Shown one piece after another: positions 1 through 9,763 of a stretch of 64,000 nucleotides of DNA. Each line of letters begins with the position of its first letter. The first letter of the stretch is position 1. A program made the position numbers and the translations under genes. The notes below the pieces were generated by a model. That model did no database searches and was not told the DNA's origin. It saw only the letters and a list, made by a program, of their open reading frames with translations. The stretch is from positions 11,047 to 75,046 of the forward strand of contig CAYZTB010000009.1 of assembly GCA_964481195.1 (NCBI GenBank), in the 5' to 3' direction. This stretch comes from an uncultured Bacteroidia bacterium (GTDB lineage Bacteria > Bacteroidota > Bacteroidia > Palsa-948).

Positions 1-123
1 TACATTAATAATGCAAACATACAATAATTTAAAAAATATTTAATTTTATATGTAACTTATTAATTATTAATGTTATACAATAAATATACTACTTATAGAA
101 TCTAAAAATAAAATTCAATTGGT

Positions 124-155
124 TTTGGATATAGGCAAGCACTTTCATACCTTTG
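124..155 (+). promoter_or_regulatory. Bacteroidota sigma-A promoter (-33 TTTG / -7 TACCTTTG)
   Basis: TTTG at 124-127, 20-nt spacer, TACCTTTG at 148-155. It lies inside the ORF-track N-terminal extension, so the real start is ATG 191. Confidence 0.75.
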
Positions 156-190
156 AGGAATTCAAAAATTACACATCTAAATACATTACA

Positions 191-2278
191 ATGAAAAAAT
201 TATTAGTACCTGTTTTAGCGCTATTCACTTGCATTGGTGCTTTTGCGCAAGTTCCTCGTTTTGCTCTTTTTGAACATTTTACTCAGGCTAGTTGCGGTCC
301 GTGCGCAGCTCAAAACCCTGGTTTTGTAAGTATTATAATGACTCCAAACCCAGTAAAAGTTAGGCATATAGCATATCACACTTCATGGCCGAGTACTGAC
401 CCAATGTATTCATTTAATACTGGCGGAGCAGCAGCACGCACTACTTTTTATGGTGTTAGTTCTGTTCCTACTGTTAAGCTAATGGGAAATGTAAAAACTG
501 GTGCCCCGGGTAGTTTTACGCAGTCAGACGTAGATGGAGTTTGGAGTAATTCAAGTCCAATTAAAGTAGAAGTTACGGAAGTAGATAATGGAAATAACAG
601 AGACGTAACTGTTAAAATTACTTCGGTGGGGACTCCTCCGGCAGGTTCTTTCCAATTATATGTTGCTGCCATTCATAGAAATGCAGTATATACATCTGCG
701 CCTGGAAATAATGGCGAAAAAGATTTTCCAAACGTATTTCGTCAGATGATAAGTGGGAACCCACAAACACTTCCTGGTGGAAATGCGAATGGTGTTGCTG
801 TAACTTTTGCAGCTCAAGGAAGCTCTGTTACGTTAGGTCCATACAATTATCTTGAAAGCATTGCAATCAACGGAGCAGTAAATGAACTTGCTTCACTTGC
901 TTGGGTTCAAAATACAAGTACCAAAGAAGTAATTCAGTGTGGCGCGTCATTCGATCCACCAATAAATGGTACTATGTCTACTCCAAACGTTGCTGTAATA
1001 AATGGACCGGCTGCGACAGCTCAAAGCTTTTCTTTTAACACAAGCAATTTAGGTTCTTCGAGTGAATCTTTCACTTATACACTTACAAATAATGCTCCAG
1101 GAAACTGGACTGGTGGTTTTTCTGTTAACAGTCAAAATTATACTACTACAGGAACGGTTAGTATTCCAGCAGGATTTACTTATCCTGTAGTAATAAATGT
1201 AACTCCAGGTGCAACTCCTGCAGTAGGAAGATATACATTAACTATGCAATCTCAAACAAACCCTTCTTCACCATCTAACGTAACTAATGTTTACGTTATC
1301 TCTGGAGTTACGGATTTAATTGTTTCTAACTCTTCTGGTCAGGGAGATAATACGGGTACTGCGTTACAATATGAACCAGATTATGTTGCAGGAATTCAGT
1401 TTGCAGGTAATACTACTTATGGAGCTACAGATGATGTAGTATTATTACGTGCTATGCAGGATAATGCAATGGGGCAAATAAAATATATATACTGGAACGT
1501 TGCTTGGACTTTCCCTTCTTTTAGCGGAGATCCTCTTGCAGCAGAGCTTACCACCTTCTTAAACAACGGTGGATGTTTGTTTGTTTCAGGGCAAGATTTT
1601 GCGTGGGATATTCACGATGCTACAAACGGGCACGGAACTCCAGCTCAAAAAACATTTTTTACAAATTTTATAGGAGCTGCTTATGTCGATGATGGAGTTG
1701 CCACAACAACCGCACTTACAGCAAACACTTCGGATGCAATATTTGGTACTGCAGGAAGCATTTCATTGCTTACCAATGTGTATACTGGAACAAGTTTTTT
1801 CCCCGATAATATAAATGCAGTAGGAAGTGGACAGGTGATTTTTAAATATAGTTCTAACTCTAAAACTGCTGGTGTGCGAAATACAAATTTTGTTTTCAAA
1901 ACAGTATATCTAGCCCCTGGTGTTGAGCAAATGTCTACGGCTGCTTCTAAAAATACGGTTTTAAAAATTTCGCACGATTGGTTTCACTTAGCTACTAGCA
2001 CATTTGAATATGATAATGCTATGCTTGCATTAAGCACGGGGCAGAATTATCCAAACCCAGCGGTAGACTTTACATTTGTTCCAGTTCCTGATTTGAACAA
2101 TGATGTTACACTTCAGTTGATGGATATGACTGGTCGTGTTTTATCTTCTTCTATCGTAGCTAAAAACTCAGCAATTCTTAAGCTTAATACTACAGGTTTA
2201 GTTTCTGGAATGTATATGTACAGAATCACAGATGGTATTAATGTTGGATCGTCCAAAGCATTACAAGTTATACGTTAA
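191..2278 (+). CDS. Omp28-related thioredoxin-fold protein with T9SS type A C-terminal sorting domain
   Basis: Signal peptide MKKLLVPVLALFTCIGAFA; FEHFTQASCGPC (CxxC); C-terminal QNYPNPA...LVSGMYMYRI sorting domain. Confidence 0.8.
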   Translation: MKKLLVPVLALFTCIGAFAQVPRFALFEHFTQASCGPCAAQNPGFVSIIMTPNPVKVRHIAYHTSWPSTDPMYSFNTGGAAARTTFYGVSSVPTVKLMGNVKTGAPGSFTQSDVDGVWSNSSPIKVEVTEVDNGNNRDVTVKITSVGTPPAGSFQLYVAAIHRNAVYTSAPGNNGEKDFPNVFRQMISGNPQTLPGGNANGVAVTFAAQGSSVTLGPYNYLESIAINGAVNELASLAWVQNTSTKEVIQCGASFDPPINGTMSTPNVAVINGPAATAQSFSFNTSNLGSSSESFTYTLTNNAPGNWTGGFSVNSQNYTTTGTVSIPAGFTYPVVINVTPGATPAVGRYTLTMQSQTNPSSPSNVTNVYVISGVTDLIVSNSSGQGDNTGTALQYEPDYVAGIQFAGNTTYGATDDVVLLRAMQDNAMGQIKYIYWNVAWTFPSFSGDPLAAELTTFLNNGGCLFVSGQDFAWDIHDATNGHGTPAQKTFFTNFIGAAYVDDGVATTTALTANTSDAIFGTAGSISLLTNVYTGTSFFPDNINAVGSGQVIFKYSSNSKTAGVRNTNFVFKTVYLAPGVEQMSTAASKNTVLKISHDWFHLATSTFEYDNAMLALSTGQNYPNPAVDFTFVPVPDLNNDVTLQLMDMTGRVLSSSIVAKNSAILKLNTTGLVSGMYMYRITDGINVGSSKALQVIR

Positions 2279-2293
2279 TTATTTAGGAGATAT

Positions 2294-2346
2294 AATATCA
2301 GCAGTTTGGTTCAGTTATTGTACTTACTAAACTGCTGATATTTTTT
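2294..2346 (+). terminator. Intrinsic terminator-like hairpin
   Basis: AATATCAGCAGTTTGGT (2294-2310) pairs with ACTAAACTGCTGATATT (2326-2342), followed by a T run. Confidence 0.65.
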
Positions 2347-2359
2347 AAAACAAAAATCT

Positions 2360-2869
2360 ATGAAAAAATCAATTCTATTTTTAGCAGTATTTGCCTTACT
2401 TGTTTCTTTTAAGGACAATGAGCGCAAATTACCTTCTGTGGACATAAAAACATTGGATGGTAAAAATGTTAATTCTTCAACCTTCTCCAATGATGGAAAG
2501 CCAATCATTATTAGCTTTTGGGCTACTTGGTGCTCTCCTTGTAAAAAAGAATTAAATGCTATTTCAGACGTATATAGCGAGTGGCAAAAAGAGACAGGCG
2601 TAAAACTTATCGCCATCTCTATTGACGATTCTAAGAGCTCTACCAACGTAGCGCCATATGTAAATAGTAAAGGATGGGAGTATGAAGAATACTTAGATTT
2701 AAACTCGGACTTTAAACGTGCTATGAATGTGAACATGCCCCCACATACTTTCATACTAGATGGTAAAGGAAATATTGTTTGGCAACACGTAGGTTTTAAG
2801 GATGGTGACGAGGAACAATATATTGAGGTTGTTCGAAAAATAATTAAGGGAGAACCTATCGAACATTAA
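2360..2869 (+). CDS. TlpA-family thiol:disulfide oxidoreductase
   Basis: IISFWATWCSPCKKEL motif, signal peptide, PHTFILDGKGNIV. Confidence 0.9.
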   Translation: MKKSILFLAVFALLVSFKDNERKLPSVDIKTLDGKNVNSSTFSNDGKPIIISFWATWCSPCKKELNAISDVYSEWQKETGVKLIAISIDDSKSSTNVAPYVNSKGWEYEEYLDLNSDFKRAMNVNMPPHTFILDGKGNIVWQHVGFKDGDEEQYIEVVRKIIKGEPIEH

Positions 2870-2935
2870 TCTTAATTTTGCTTTTGGATATTATATTGAT
2901 GAATTACTTCATTACTTTTTAGCTTAAGATTTTAT

Positions 2936-4594
2936 ATGAAAAGAGTCATTCTCGTTGCTTATTTTGCTGTTATTTGTATTGTATCTTTTTCTCAAGAAAA
3001 CACTCCGCTAGCTAATAATCAAGGTATTCTACAGGGCAATATGCAAATGGATGCACAATATTATAATCCGGATTCCACCATTGGAGCAGCTCCTGTTCCC
3101 GAAAAAATGTTGATGAACGGTTTCATGAATATTAATTATACCCGCGGTAATTTTAAAGCAGGTATTCGTTACGAAAGTTATTTAAATACCATTCAAGGAT
3201 TTAACCCTAAGTATAAAGGGAATGGAATCCCATATCGATTTGCAACATATACAGCAGATGAATTGGAAGTAACTGCAGGAAATTTTTACGAGCAATTTGG
3301 TAGTGGCTTAGTGCTTCGTACCTACGAAGAGCGGGGTTTGGGTATTGATAATGTATTTGATGGAATACGTTTAAAATATACCATCAAAGGGATTTACATG
3401 AAAGGGCTTATTGGCAAGCAGCGAAGCTACTTTTCTCAAGGACCCGGAATTACCAGAGCTTTTGACACCGAAGTGCAATTAAATGAACTTATCGCTAAGT
3501 GGTCTGAATCTTCTACAAGAATATCTATTGGAGGAAGTTTTGTAAGTAAATATCAGGATGGAGATAAAGTAATTTATTTAACCCACACATTAAACGTTCC
3601 TCAAAACGTAGGCGCTTCTGCAGGAAGAATTTCTATTAACAGAAAAAAGAACAGGCTAATGGCAGAATACGCTTATAAAATTAACGACCCTTCAGCAATA
3701 AATAAATATATTTATAGGCCTGGGGAAGCAATATTATTAAGTTACACATATTCCACCAAAGGATTTGGCTTTTCAATGTCTGGAAAGCGTATCGATAATT
3801 TTTCTTTTAAATCAGATAGAAATGCTACGGGAATTGATGTGGATATGAATTTTTTGCCAGCCTTAAATCGCCAGCATACCTATGCATTAATGGCATTTTA
3901 CCCTTATGCAACTAATCCTAGAGGTGAAATTAGCTATTTAATAGATATTCAGAAAAAAATTAAAAAAGGTTCTAAGCTTGGAGGAAAATATGGAATGGAC
4001 ATTGCAATAAATTATTCCGGAGCAAACGGGCTAGATACAACAACAACAATTCCCGAATATGATTCTACTCGAATTGGGTACACAACCAATCAATTTGCTT
4101 TAGGGGAGGTGTATTATCAGGATGTAAATATTGAGCTAACTAAAAAACTAACTCCAAAACTTAAAATAATGTTGTTGTATTCAAATCAAGTTTATAATAA
4201 AAATGTAATTCAAGGGTTAGCAGGGTATAAAGTTATATACTCCAACATTGCTATGACAGAGATATCCTATAAGATAAATAGCAGCAACTCTGTTCGAATG
4301 GAAATGCAGCACTTAGCTACCAAGCAAGATCAGCAAAGTTGGGCAATGGGCTTAATTGAATTTGGAGCCGGAGAGCATTGGATGATAAGCGTGCAGGATA
4401 TGTATAATTATGCAAATCATAAAACTAAAGAACGATTTCACTATTACAATGCTACGGTAGTTTATATTAAAAGTGGCACTCGTATTGCGCTAGGATATGG
4501 AAGACAACGTGCCGGTATATTTTGTGTAGGTGGAGTTTGCCGGTTTGTTCCTGCTTCTAATGGATTATTGTTAACTGTAACATCAAGCTTTTAA
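2936..4594 (+). CDS. Outer-membrane beta-barrel-like protein (DUF6029-like)
   Basis: Signal peptide, amphipathic beta strands, terminal Phe, C-terminal GIFCVGGVCRFVP motif; lies between tlpA and omp28. Confidence 0.7.
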   Translation: MKRVILVAYFAVICIVSFSQENTPLANNQGILQGNMQMDAQYYNPDSTIGAAPVPEKMLMNGFMNINYTRGNFKAGIRYESYLNTIQGFNPKYKGNGIPYRFATYTADELEVTAGNFYEQFGSGLVLRTYEERGLGIDNVFDGIRLKYTIKGIYMKGLIGKQRSYFSQGPGITRAFDTEVQLNELIAKWSESSTRISIGGSFVSKYQDGDKVIYLTHTLNVPQNVGASAGRISINRKKNRLMAEYAYKINDPSAINKYIYRPGEAILLSYTYSTKGFGFSMSGKRIDNFSFKSDRNATGIDVDMNFLPALNRQHTYALMAFYPYATNPRGEISYLIDIQKKIKKGSKLGGKYGMDIAINYSGANGLDTTTTIPEYDSTRIGYTTNQFALGEVYYQDVNIELTKKLTPKLKIMLLYSNQVYNKNVIQGLAGYKVIYSNIAMTEISYKINSSNSVRMEMQHLATKQDQQSWAMGLIEFGAGEHWMISVQDMYNYANHKTKERFHYYNATVVYIKSGTRIALGYGRQRAGIFCVGGVCRFVPASNGLLLTVTSSF

Positions 4595-4607
4595 AAATAT
4601 TTATTTC

Positions 4608-5483
4608 ATGAAAAACATTTTATTATTAGCTGTCCTGTTTTCTTTCGTAATAGCATCTTGCAATAAAGTAGAAAACCCTTATTCTGCCACTATAACTGGA
4701 GGAGGCGATACAACTATTGTTAAAATACGCAAAGTACTTTTAGAAGATTATACGGGTCATAAGTGCGGAAATTGCCCTCAAGCTGCATTAACTGCGCAAA
4801 CAATAAAATCAATTTATAAAGAGCAATTAGTAATATTGGCTGTTCATGCAGGATTCTATGCTAAGCCCATGGCTGCCCCTTATGATTATGATTTCAGAAC
4901 AATAGCAGGAACAGATTGGGATGTTTTCTTTGGCAATGGAGTAGTAGGGAATCCCAATGGTATGATTAATCGAAGGGGTTATCCAACTAATACACACGTT
5001 AGCACTAAAATTGGTGAGTGGATTGATACAGTTGCTGCACTAACGGCTATAGCTCCGGATGCTTTTATAAAAATCAACAACAGCTATAATTCTACCACAC
5101 GTGTATTAAATACAAGTATTAAAACCGAGTTTTTGAATTTTTTGTCTGGTACATACAAGTTAATGGTAGTGCTTTCAGAAGATAGTATTGTTAAACCTCA
5201 AGTAGATTATTCTAAACCTACTGGTCAGCAAAACATTTTAGATTATGTACACCAACACGTACTACGAGATGCTATTTCATCCACTAATTGGGGAGATGTA
5301 ATTGCAACAGGCAGTGCAGCGGCAGGAGATACAGTAGTTAAAGCATTTCAATATACATTACCTGCTACTTATCCTGCTGCCAACGGCATAGCGCCTTCTC
5401 CTAGTCATTGCTATGTGGTAGCCTTTGTGTACAATGCAGCTACGTATGAAGTGGTTCAAGTAGAAGAGAAGAAGATAAAGTAA
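4608..5483 (+). CDS. Omp28-family outer membrane lipoprotein
   Basis: Lipobox IASC; KVLLEDYTGHKCGNCP; YVHQHVLRD. Confidence 0.85.
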   Translation: MKNILLLAVLFSFVIASCNKVENPYSATITGGGDTTIVKIRKVLLEDYTGHKCGNCPQAALTAQTIKSIYKEQLVILAVHAGFYAKPMAAPYDYDFRTIAGTDWDVFFGNGVVGNPNGMINRRGYPTNTHVSTKIGEWIDTVAALTAIAPDAFIKINNSYNSTTRVLNTSIKTEFLNFLSGTYKLMVVLSEDSIVKPQVDYSKPTGQQNILDYVHQHVLRDAISSTNWGDVIATGSAAAGDTVVKAFQYTLPATYPAANGIAPSPSHCYVVAFVYNAATYEVVQVEEKKIK

Positions 5484-5502
5484 TTTACTTTTTTTAGAAT
5501 AT

Positions 5503-5531
5503 AAATCCAACTCAAGAACAGTGTTGGATTT
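5503..5531. terminator. Hairpin between convergent genes
   Basis: AAATCCAAC (5503-5511) pairs with GTTGGATTT (5523-5531). Confidence 0.5.
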
Positions 5532-5532
5532 T

Positions 5533-6249
5533 CTATTTTATAACCGAAATATTATTATAACCAATCACCTCGTTGTTGCTAGAGTGTAAAAAGTATGAAT
5601 AAATTCCAGCTGGAAGGTTTAGTCGAAAGCTGTTAGAGCCATTTTTTAGCCCACCCAGCTCCAATACTTTATTTCCATAGATGGAATAGGCAAGTAATGT
5701 AATGTTGTTATCAATTACTTTTAAATTTGAAATGTCAATATTTATAATATCATCGGAAAACGCAGGAGAAGGATATATTTTTATATCTGCTTGTTTCGGG
5801 CTTGATCCTATTACGCCATTGCCTAAAACAGTAATGGTATGAAACCGTTGATATACTTCATAAGTTGGATTAGTCACATCTTTAAATCTCATGTATACTG
5901 TTTGGCTATCTGGTGTAAGATTAGTTTCAATATCTAAAATAAAATACTCACCAGCAGGAGGTATTTTTACTCGTACGCTATCTACTGATGGCGGGAAACA
6001 CACACTCAAGCAAAAATGAGTTATCCAATCTGTTCCACCCGATGTTGTTTTTGCATCAATAACTCTTACGGCTTCAATGGTAATAGAATCTGTGGTATTA
6101 TTCTGCAAAAGATTTCCCATACCAATAAATGCTTCAGGCACATCGTATTGAATAGTATCGGTAGGGATAAAAGAAAATGTCTGAGCGTATGTTTGTATAC
6201 ACTCAGACATTGTTATTAGAGCAACAAGGGTAGGGACTACTTTTTTCAA
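5533..6249 (-). CDS. Small secreted protein with T9SS type A sorting domain (paralog of 6262-6981)
   Basis: TTG start; WITHFCLSVCF; C-terminal IYPSPA...LPAGIYSY. Confidence 0.7.
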   Translation of the reverse strand: MKKVVPTLVALITMSECIQTYAQTFSFIPTDTIQYDVPEAFIGMGNLLQNNTTDSITIEAVRVIDAKTTSGGTDWITHFCLSVCFPPSVDSVRVKIPPAGEYFILDIETNLTPDSQTVYMRFKDVTNPTYEVYQRFHTITVLGNGVIGSSPKQADIKIYPSPAFSDDIINIDISNLKVIDNNITLLAYSIYGNKVLELGGLKNGSNSFRLNLPAGIYSYFLHSSNNEVIGYNNISVIK

Positions 6250-6261
6250 TATTATATTTTA

Positions 6262-6981
6262 CTATTTCCCAATAACAATATTACCTGATTTAATCTTTGT
6301 ATTTCCAGCTAGCAATGAATAGTTGTAATATCCAGCAGCTAGGTTTAGATTAATTGAATTATTGCCTGACTTTAATCCAGTAACAGTGCTAACAGCATTA
6401 CCCAAAGTGGAATATACAATGATGGTAAAATCATTATCCTTTGTTTTTACATTAGATATATCTAGTGTAAATGTATTGCCTGATGTTACAGGAGAAGGAA
6501 AAATATTTACAGAAGCAAGGTTTGGGTAATTGTCATTAACGCTAAAACCCACTTTTGTAACTGCGTGGAAACGCTGGTACGCAACATCTGTGGGTGTAGA
6601 TACGTTTTTAATTTTCATGTAAATTGTTTGACTATCAGGTGTAGCGGTAATGTAAAAATGCGGAATAAAATCAACAGTATCATTTGCTGGGATTGTGAAT
6701 CGTACACTATCAACAAAATCTGCATAACAAATATCTAGGCAAAAAGCAGATGCCCATCCATTGGCTAGATTTACATTTTGAACTCTAACAACATCAATAG
6801 CTAATGGGCTAGAAGTTTTATTTTTAATATAGCTTCCATAGCACTGAATATCTCCTCCAGCAAGTGGAGCACCGTATGCTATGGTATCGTAAATATGGTA
6901 ATCAAAGGATACTTGAGCAACTGCATTATCTGCTTGAATTAACAGAAACGAAAGACCTAGAATTGTGTAAAGTTTTTTCAT
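6262..6981 (-). CDS. Small secreted protein with T9SS type A sorting domain
   Basis: Start reassigned to MKKLYTIL (6981), downstream of promoter TATATTTG (complement of 7021-7028); WASAFCLDICY; IFPSPV...LAAGYYNY. Confidence 0.75.
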   Translation of the reverse strand: MKKLYTILGLSFLLIQADNAVAQVSFDYHIYDTIAYGAPLAGGDIQCYGSYIKNKTSSPLAIDVVRVQNVNLANGWASAFCLDICYADFVDSVRFTIPANDTVDFIPHFYITATPDSQTIYMKIKNVSTPTDVAYQRFHAVTKVGFSVNDNYPNLASVNIFPSPVTSGNTFTLDISNVKTKDNDFTIIVYSTLGNAVSTVTGLKSGNNSINLNLAAGYYNYSLLAGNTKIKSGNIVIGK

Positions 6982-7170
6982 ATATATTAAGATTAGTTTT
7001 TTATTGATATAAATATTTAACAAATATAGCATTTTGCTTTCTTTATTAAAAGTAATGATTTACATATTATACATTTTCTAAATTAAGACTCATATATATA
7101 ACTAATTGAAAAATAATATTTTATCTAAAAATAATTGCATTTTTAAAAGCTATTAAAAGGCAGCTTACTT

Positions 7171-8412
7171 CTATTCCGTAATAAGCATTTCAGTAAAATA
7201 GTTCATCTCTTTAACAAATACAGAATAGGCCTCACCAGTAGCAGGGCCTGAATATCCAGTACGTATTTTTCTTACAACTCCCTTTTTATCTATAAAAATC
7301 GTTGTTGGGAATGACATGATATGGCTTAATTGAGGCAATGCTTTTTCTGCATCTTTGGGTTGAAAGCCAGATATTAAAAATTCGTAATCTGCGCCAAATT
7401 TATTTTTTAAACGACTCACATTTTGTTTTGCCTTTTCAAAATCATCGGTTTTTTCAAATGCTATGCCAACTACTTCAACACCTTTTGATTTATATTTTTT
7501 TGAATAGTCTGCCAAGAACATAGTTTCGTCCATGCAATTAGGACACCAGGATCCAAAGATTTGCAGAACGGTAACTTTGTTTTTGAATTTTTCGTCTAAC
7601 AAAGACACTTTTTGATTATTCAGATTTGGGAAAGTAAAATCAATTTTTGAAAATCCTGTTTTAAGAAAGGTAAGAGAATCGGCATTTCGCAATTGAAAGG
7701 AATTATTTTTTTTAGCTAACCAAGTTTGCTGAAAATGAATGCCTGAATAAAACTCTCCCCAAATAGTACTATCTTCTAATACCTCTGCATGAAAAACAAA
7801 AGCATGTGAGCCATCAAAGCATGACAGCAGCATATATTTCCCAAAGGCGCATCCTTCTAAGTAGCGATAGTCGCCAGTTTCTGTTAAAAATGTTCCAGTA
7901 GCTCTTCCGCCAGCTGTTTTAAATATTCCAATTGCCATCGAGCTATCTGGTTCAGCAGGGCCAAATACACACTCCCATTTACCATCAAAGGAAACGGTAC
8001 TAGCATATTCCGGACAATCAAAGCGTTGCGTCTCACCTTTTATAGCGGTAAAGGGAATAATATTTTTTTCTGTTCTAGAATGATTTATCCAAATACCAAT
8101 AAGTGAATCACTGCTGAACTTGCAACGAAACTCAGAATCAAATAAGGGCATTTTAATGAAAACAGAATCCTGAACGAATGAAACTTCATTAACTATAATT
8201 GTTTCTTCTGCATTATGAATGGCAATAATTGTAGAATCTCCTTTTATAGTTAAATCAAAATTAAAAGGAAGAATTAGCCCTGTGGAATCGTTAAGCGTTA
8301 AATATCCTCTCCATACACCCGAACTAAGCGGAGTAGATTGTGGAGTTTTATTTTCGCCTCCGCAGGATAAAATTAATGGAAGCAGTAGAAAAATATAAAA
8401 TAGTTTTTTCAT
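7171..8412 (-). CDS. TlpA/redoxin-domain lipoprotein
   Basis: Lipobox ILSC; C-terminal QIFGSWCPNCMDE and SFPTTIFIDKKG. Confidence 0.85.
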   Translation of the reverse strand: MKKLFYIFLLLPLILSCGGENKTPQSTPLSSGVWRGYLTLNDSTGLILPFNFDLTIKGDSTIIAIHNAEETIIVNEVSFVQDSVFIKMPLFDSEFRCKFSSDSLIGIWINHSRTEKNIIPFTAIKGETQRFDCPEYASTVSFDGKWECVFGPAEPDSSMAIGIFKTAGGRATGTFLTETGDYRYLEGCAFGKYMLLSCFDGSHAFVFHAEVLEDSTIWGEFYSGIHFQQTWLAKKNNSFQLRNADSLTFLKTGFSKIDFTFPNLNNQKVSLLDEKFKNKVTVLQIFGSWCPNCMDETMFLADYSKKYKSKGVEVVGIAFEKTDDFEKAKQNVSRLKNKFGADYEFLISGFQPKDAEKALPQLSHIMSFPTTIFIDKKGVVRKIRTGYSGPATGEAYSVFVKEMNYFTEMLITE

Positions 8413-8414
8413 GT

Positions 8415-9728
8415 TTAAAATAATCTAAAAATATCGTTTCCTATTGCATAAACCATAAGTGTAAGTAAAATAGCCATGCCAATATATTGAGCAATTTCTA
8501 AAAATTTATCACTGGGCGTTTTGCCTGTAACTACTTCGTATAGTAAGAACAACACATGTCCTCCATCCAAAGCAGGTATTGGTAATATATTCATGAAAGC
8601 TAGCACGATGGATAATATAGCTGTAAGATTCCAAAATGATTCCCAGTCCCACACGGGAGCAAAAAGATTTCCAATAGATATAAAACTCCCTACGCCTTTG
8701 TATGCGCCAGTTTCAAAGTTGAAAATAAGCTTAAACTGTCTGATGTAGTCAGATAGTTTTTCGTTTGCTCTTCGTATCCCGGCAGGAAAGGATTCTAAAA
8801 ATCCGTATTCTCTGGTTTTAAAGTCAAAGTAATGATCAGGTTGTTTTGGAAAAAAACCAAGCTTTCCATCTTCACTTACTAAAAGGTTGATGATAGCAGT
8901 GTCGTTAGTGCGTATTAATTTTAACGCAACTTCTTTTCCTTTATTTTTTTCAAGCTGTAAAGAGAGCGCTTGAAAGAATTCAGTAGGTTCATCATTCACG
9001 CCAATAATCCTATCTCCTTTCATAAGTCCCGCTTTTTCGGCCGGCATGCCTTTCATTAGGGAGTCAATTTCGCAAGGGAAAGCAGGAGCAATAAATGAAG
9101 AACGCTTTTCAATTAACTTCTCTATAAAATCTTTTGGGATTTCTAAGGAGATGTCTTCCCCTTTTCGATTTACTTCTACTGTTGAAGCGTATAGCATTTC
9201 GTGAACCACATCTTGAAAATTTTCTACTTGTTTTTTGTCTACCGAAATAATTTTATCTCCATTTTGAAATCCAATATCAAAAGCCAGTGAGTCTTTACAC
9301 CAAATGCCATTCGTTAAATTTGCAGTTGGCAAATATTTTTCTCCGTACACAAATGAAAGCATGGCATAAATAAACATGGCAAGCAGCATATTCACAGTAA
9401 CTCCTCCAATCATTACTATCAATCGTTGCCAAGCTGGTTTAGCACGGAACTCCCACGGTTCGGCCGGTTTTTTCATTTGCTCCTTGTCCATGCTCTCGTC
9501 TATCATGCCTGATATTTTCACATAGCCTCCAAGTGGAATCCACCCAATTCCGTATTCAGTATCACCTTTTTTTATTTTGAATAAAGAAAACCAAGGGTCA
9601 AAAAAGAGATAGAACTTATCGACTCTCATCTTAAACCATTTAGCAGGTAAAAAATGACCTAGTTCATGTAATACAACAAGTATAGAGAGCGAAAGAATAA
9701 GTTGCGAAGCTTTTATCAGAATTTCCAT
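8415..9728 (-). CDS. rseP: RIP metalloprotease RseP (site-2 protease with PDZ)
   Basis: HELGH zinc motif, GWIPLGGYVKI, NILPIPALDGG; follows dxr. Confidence 0.95.
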   Translation of the reverse strand: MEILIKASQLILSLSILVVLHELGHFLPAKWFKMRVDKFYLFFDPWFSLFKIKKGDTEYGIGWIPLGGYVKISGMIDESMDKEQMKKPAEPWEFRAKPAWQRLIVMIGGVTVNMLLAMFIYAMLSFVYGEKYLPTANLTNGIWCKDSLAFDIGFQNGDKIISVDKKQVENFQDVVHEMLYASTVEVNRKGEDISLEIPKDFIEKLIEKRSSFIAPAFPCEIDSLMKGMPAEKAGLMKGDRIIGVNDEPTEFFQALSLQLEKNKGKEVALKLIRTNDTAIINLLVSEDGKLGFFPKQPDHYFDFKTREYGFLESFPAGIRRANEKLSDYIRQFKLIFNFETGAYKGVGSFISIGNLFAPVWDWESFWNLTAILSIVLAFMNILPIPALDGGHVLFLLYEVVTGKTPSDKFLEIAQYIGMAILLTLMVYAIGNDIFRLF

Positions 9729-9763
9729 TTATCTATTGGGGTTATTAATCTTATCGTGAATAT

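Noticed and set aside
119-190. N-terminal extensions in the ORF track (also at 7032, 11841, 17526, 21306, 24738, 29978, 48177, 54349, 60794)
   Set aside because: They overlap promoter elements, terminators or upstream genes, or precede the obvious signal peptide or conserved N-terminus. Downstream ATGs were used instead.
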